From a virus (taxonomy: Duplodnaviria; Caudoviricetes): a stretch of 38,635 bases of DNA. Made by a program: the position numbers and the translations under genes. The notes beneath the pieces are model-generated. The model made no database searches. It had not been told where the DNA came from and saw only the letters and a program-made list of their open reading frames with translations. The stretch spans positions 1 to 38,635 of IMG/VR virus record IMGVR_UViG_3300036793_000011, one strand, 5' to 3'. Positions 36,054 to 38,635 of this stretch are shown piece after piece (positions within the stretch are counted from its first letter, which is position 1; each line of letters begins with the position of its first letter).

Positions 36054-36560
36054 CTAAGCGCGCTGTCGGACCGGAAGCCGGTTGGCTCCATGCAAGGCGA
36101 TCAGCGCCGCCTCGGCTCGACCGTGATCTTTCTTTCGCGCCCACAGCGACGCCCAGCGCGGGAAGATCGACGACGCGCGCATCCGCGATGCGTCCTTGTC
36201 GCCGGTCACGCGCAGCGCCCGTTTCCAGGCCGCCGACGTCGTAAGCTCTATCGGAATGAAGTGCGCCGCGAGGACGCCGTGCAGCACGCCGACGCCCATC
36301 CAGAACGTCGCCGCGCCGACGCGCCCGTTCTGCGGTCGGACGCCGCCTTGCTCGATCACCGCCGCGTCGAACGGCTCGGCGTCGTCCTTCATCCGCGCGT
36401 CGATCTCGCGGGCGACCGCGTACTCGTCGACGCGTGAGCGGCTCCCCACGCGACCGACTGGCATGTCGATAATTTCGAGATCGAGTGGGCGACCATCTGG
36501 CGAGAGGGTCAGGAACGCGATTGCGCCCCCGTTTCCCGGATCGAGGCCAATGACCCGCAC
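36054..36560 (-). CDS. RuvC-like Holliday junction resolvase
   Basis: VIGLDPG, AVIEQ, WK and DHGRAEAALIA motifs. Confidence 0.85.
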   Translation of the reverse strand: MRVIGLDPGNGGAIAFLTLSPDGRPLDLEIIDMPVGRVGSRSRVDEYAVAREIDARMKDDAEPFDAAVIEQGGVRPQNGRVGAATFWMGVGVLHGVLAAHFIPIELTTSAAWKRALRVTGDKDASRMRASSIFPRWASLWARKKDHGRAEAALIALHGANRLPVRQRA

Positions 36561-36564
36561 GACG

Positions 36565-36777
36565 TCACGCTGCGTCGGACGGTCGCTGCGCGCGCTCTAG
36601 GCGCTCAGCCGCCGCGATCAGCTTGTCGCAGATCGGCAGGTTGTTCGTCGTCCAGCCGCGCGCTGCGTAAGAGCGCACCGTCGACAGCGGCACGCCAGCC
36701 TCCCGCGCCAGCCGGAAGACACCAATCCGATCCGCCACGCGACCGACCCGCGCCATTCGTTCTGCGACCGTCTGCAT
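36565..36777 (-). CDS. Cro-like HTH protein
   Basis: RLAREAGVPLSTVRSY. First gene of the leftward replication operon, ATG 36777. Confidence 0.65.
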   Translation of the reverse strand: MQTVAERMARVGRVADRIGVFRLAREAGVPLSTVRSYAARGWTTNNLPICDKLIAAAERLERAQRPSDAA

Positions 36778-36828
36778 GGGCGAAATGGATACGCTCGAAA
36801 TCGTGTGATGGAAATGCGAAAGCTCGCA

Positions 36829-36858
36829 TTGACAGCCCGCGAATACAGGCGCGAACCT
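36829..36858 (+). promoter_or_regulatory. possible rightward sigma70 promoter
   Basis: Perfect TTGACA at 36829-36834 in the divergent gap. The -10 match is weak. Confidence 0.3.
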
Positions 36859-36887
36859 TCGCACCTCAACTAGATCGGAAGAAACCG

Positions 36888-37280
36888 ATGGCCTACGACC
36901 CCGTGTGCGATGTAACGACACTCATGATGGTGCGACACATGCCGGAGGACGACTTCCTAGCTCTCTGCGAGCGTGTGCTCGATGCTCAGGGTTCTACCCT
37001 AGGTATGGTCGGGAATACTGTATCCGCTGCGCCAATATGCGACAGCATGCGACAGCATGCGACACGCTGCATGGTCTGCGACGAGCCCATCGCGCGCACC
37101 GGCCTGACGCTTCGGGTCGAGGAGCTCGCGGGTCTGACGGCGTGTAAACGCTGCATCGACGCCGCGCTTGTCGCGCTGATCACCGACCAGTCGGGCGCGA
37201 ACCGGCTGGCCTCTCAATTAGCTGTGATCTTCCGGGGTCGGCGCAAAGCCGAGCGCCGCCGCCGCTGCGCCGCAGCCTGA
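36888..37280 (+). CDS. CxxC...CxxC zinc-finger hypothetical protein (start uncertain, possibly 37047)
   Basis: CMVC and CKRC pairs. The 5' half has atypical composition. Confidence 0.5.
   Translation: MAYDPVCDVTTLMMVRHMPEDDFLALCERVLDAQGSTLGMVGNTVSAAPICDSMRQHATRCMVCDEPIARTGLTLRVEELAGLTACKRCIDAALVALITDQSGANRLASQLAVIFRGRRKAERRRRCAAA
37037..37066. repeat. 10-bp tandem repeat, three copies
   Basis: atgcgacagc atgcgacagc atgcgacacg. Confidence 0.85.
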
Positions 37281-37294
37281 CCGGAGCGGACGCC

Positions 37295-37957
37295 ATGAAC
37301 GACATCGCCGCCGCCGACCCGATCACCACGAGCGCCGAGATCGTCGAGCTCGCGAAGGCGCTCCCGAAGGCGCAAGCCGCCATCGCCAGGGTGACGAAGG
37401 ACGCGGCCAACCCGCACTTCAACGCGAAGTATGCCAGCCTGTCGGAGATCGCCGAGGCGGTGCTCCCGGCGATGAACGCGGCGGGCTTCTCGGTCTTGCA
37501 GCCGGTCGCCACCGACAACGACGGCGTCAGGGTGACGACCATCCTGCTTCACGAGAGCGGCCAATGGCTGCGCTCGACGCATACGATCCCGGTCAGCAAG
37601 CGCGACGCGCAGGGCTTCGGCTCAGCGCTCACCTATGCCCGTAGGCAGGCGCTCCAAGCCCTTCTGACGGTCGCCCCGCAGGGTGAAGACGACGACGCCG
37701 AGAACGCCGTGGGGCGCGGCTCTAGCGCGCGTCCGCCGTTGCCGCCGAAGGAGCCGGAGCGCCCGACGCTGGCGAAGCGCTCGGCGCACCTGAAACGCAC
37801 GCTCAGCGACGTGAAGACGCTGCGCGACCTGACGCGCGCCTGGGACTTGTCGAAGGACTTGCGCGACGAGCTCGCCCGCGAAGACCAGAAGGAAGCCGCC
37901 GAAGTCGATGCGCTTCACGAGCGCCGCCACGGCGATCTGATCGGAGGCGCAGGGTGA
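37295..37957 (+). CDS. ERF-family single-strand annealing protein
   Basis: KDAANPHFNAKYASL, TILLHESGQW, QGFGSALTYARR and EDDDA motifs. Confidence 0.92.
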   Translation: MNDIAAADPITTSAEIVELAKALPKAQAAIARVTKDAANPHFNAKYASLSEIAEAVLPAMNAAGFSVLQPVATDNDGVRVTTILLHESGQWLRSTHTIPVSKRDAQGFGSALTYARRQALQALLTVAPQGEDDDAENAVGRGSSARPPLPPKEPERPTLAKRSAHLKRTLSDVKTLRDLTRAWDLSKDLRDELAREDQKEAAEVDALHERRHGDLIGGAG

Positions 37958-38145
37958 TGGTCAGCCGGTCGACTGATCAAGTCGTGCTGACGGCGCTCCT
38001 GGCGCTCGGGAGCGACGCGTTCCAGCCCGCCGAGTGGGGCTTCCTGATCAACCTCAACAATACGTGGCGCGGCGACTTCACCAACCGCCAGCGCGAGTGG
38101 CTGAGCGACCTCGCCGACAAGCACGGCGTCGGCGGTGACGCATGA
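37954..38145 (+). CDS. hypothetical protein
   Basis: Coupled to both neighbours. EWGF...FTNRQREWLSDL. Confidence 0.6.
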   Translation: MMVSRSTDQVVLTALLALGSDAFQPAEWGFLINLNNTWRGDFTNRQREWLSDLADKHGVGGDA

Positions 38146-38630
38146 CCGCCGCCCGCTACGCGCAGGACACCAACGTCTCGGTCGAGGCGTCGCGCAACGA
38201 GATCGAGCGCACGCTGATCCGCTACGGCGCGACCAGCTTCGGCTACCTCACCGAGCCGAAATCGGCGCGCGTCGCGTTCGCGCTCAACGGTCGACATATC
38301 CGCTTCCACCTCCCGCTACCGGCGCGCGACGCCGACGAATTTGTGTTCGCCACGTTCGGCGCTCGCGGGAAGCAACCGCGCGGCGAGCGCGCGGCGCTCA
38401 ATGCATGGGAGCAAGCCTGTCGCCAGCGCTGGCGCGCGCTCTTGCTGATCATCAAGGCTAAGCTCGAAGCCGTCGCCGCCGGGATCACCACCGTCGAGGA
38501 TGAATTTCTGGCGCACACGGTTTTGCCTGACGGTCGGACCGTGGGCGAGTGGACGAAGCCGCAGCTAGAACAGGCGTACCTCACCGGGAAAATGCCGACG
38601 TCGCTCATGATCGAGGGGCCGAAGCCATGA
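38142..38630 (+). CDS. conserved phage hypothetical protein
   Basis: SRNEIERTLIRYGA and EQACRQRWRALLLIIKAKLEAV...EFLAH motifs. Confidence 0.8.
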   Translation: MTAARYAQDTNVSVEASRNEIERTLIRYGATSFGYLTEPKSARVAFALNGRHIRFHLPLPARDADEFVFATFGARGKQPRGERAALNAWEQACRQRWRALLLIIKAKLEAVAAGITTVEDEFLAHTVLPDGRTVGEWTKPQLEQAYLTGKMPTSLMIEGPKP

Positions 38631-38635
38631 CGCAG

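Noticed and set aside
36780-36890. LexA (GTTC-N7-GTTC) or CtrA (TTAA-N7-TTAA) boxes in the switch region
   Set aside because: No correctly spaced match was found.
1-38635. tRNA, rRNA, integrase or att sites
   Set aside because: None was recognisable by eye. tRNAscan and flanking sequence would be needed to exclude them.

Overview
The whole window is part of a GC-rich (roughly 68% by eye) long-tailed, HK97-fold phage or prophage, most likely of an alphaproteobacterial host (GcrA-like domain, PEPxxWA-CTERM protein, alphaproteobacterial-type XRE regulator, apparent absence of GANTC). Most real genes are on the minus strand. Read right to left they are: Cro-like gene, RuvC-like resolvase, TOPRIM primase-helicase followed by an iteron-rich origin, about 25 small early genes, a putative late regulator, HNH nuclease, probable cos region, a ParB-like + TET-associated-type glycosyltransferase pair, terminases, a fused protease-capsid gene placed before the portal, head-tail and tail genes, and collagen-like fibre genes. 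Two plus-strand blocks interrupt this: a four-gene island (32082-33461) and an ERF recombinase operon at the right end. No integrase, CI repressor or lysis genes are visible. The best leads are (1) a GcrA fragment with only the sigma70-interacting part, in a genome apparently purged of GANTC, (2) the glycosyltransferase cassette with no TET or methylase partner in view, (3) a phage-borne PEP-CTERM protein, (4) apparent avoidance of several CTNNAG restriction hexamers and (5) a dispersed CGTGTAAAC motif. All family calls come from motif recognition by eye, not database searches.
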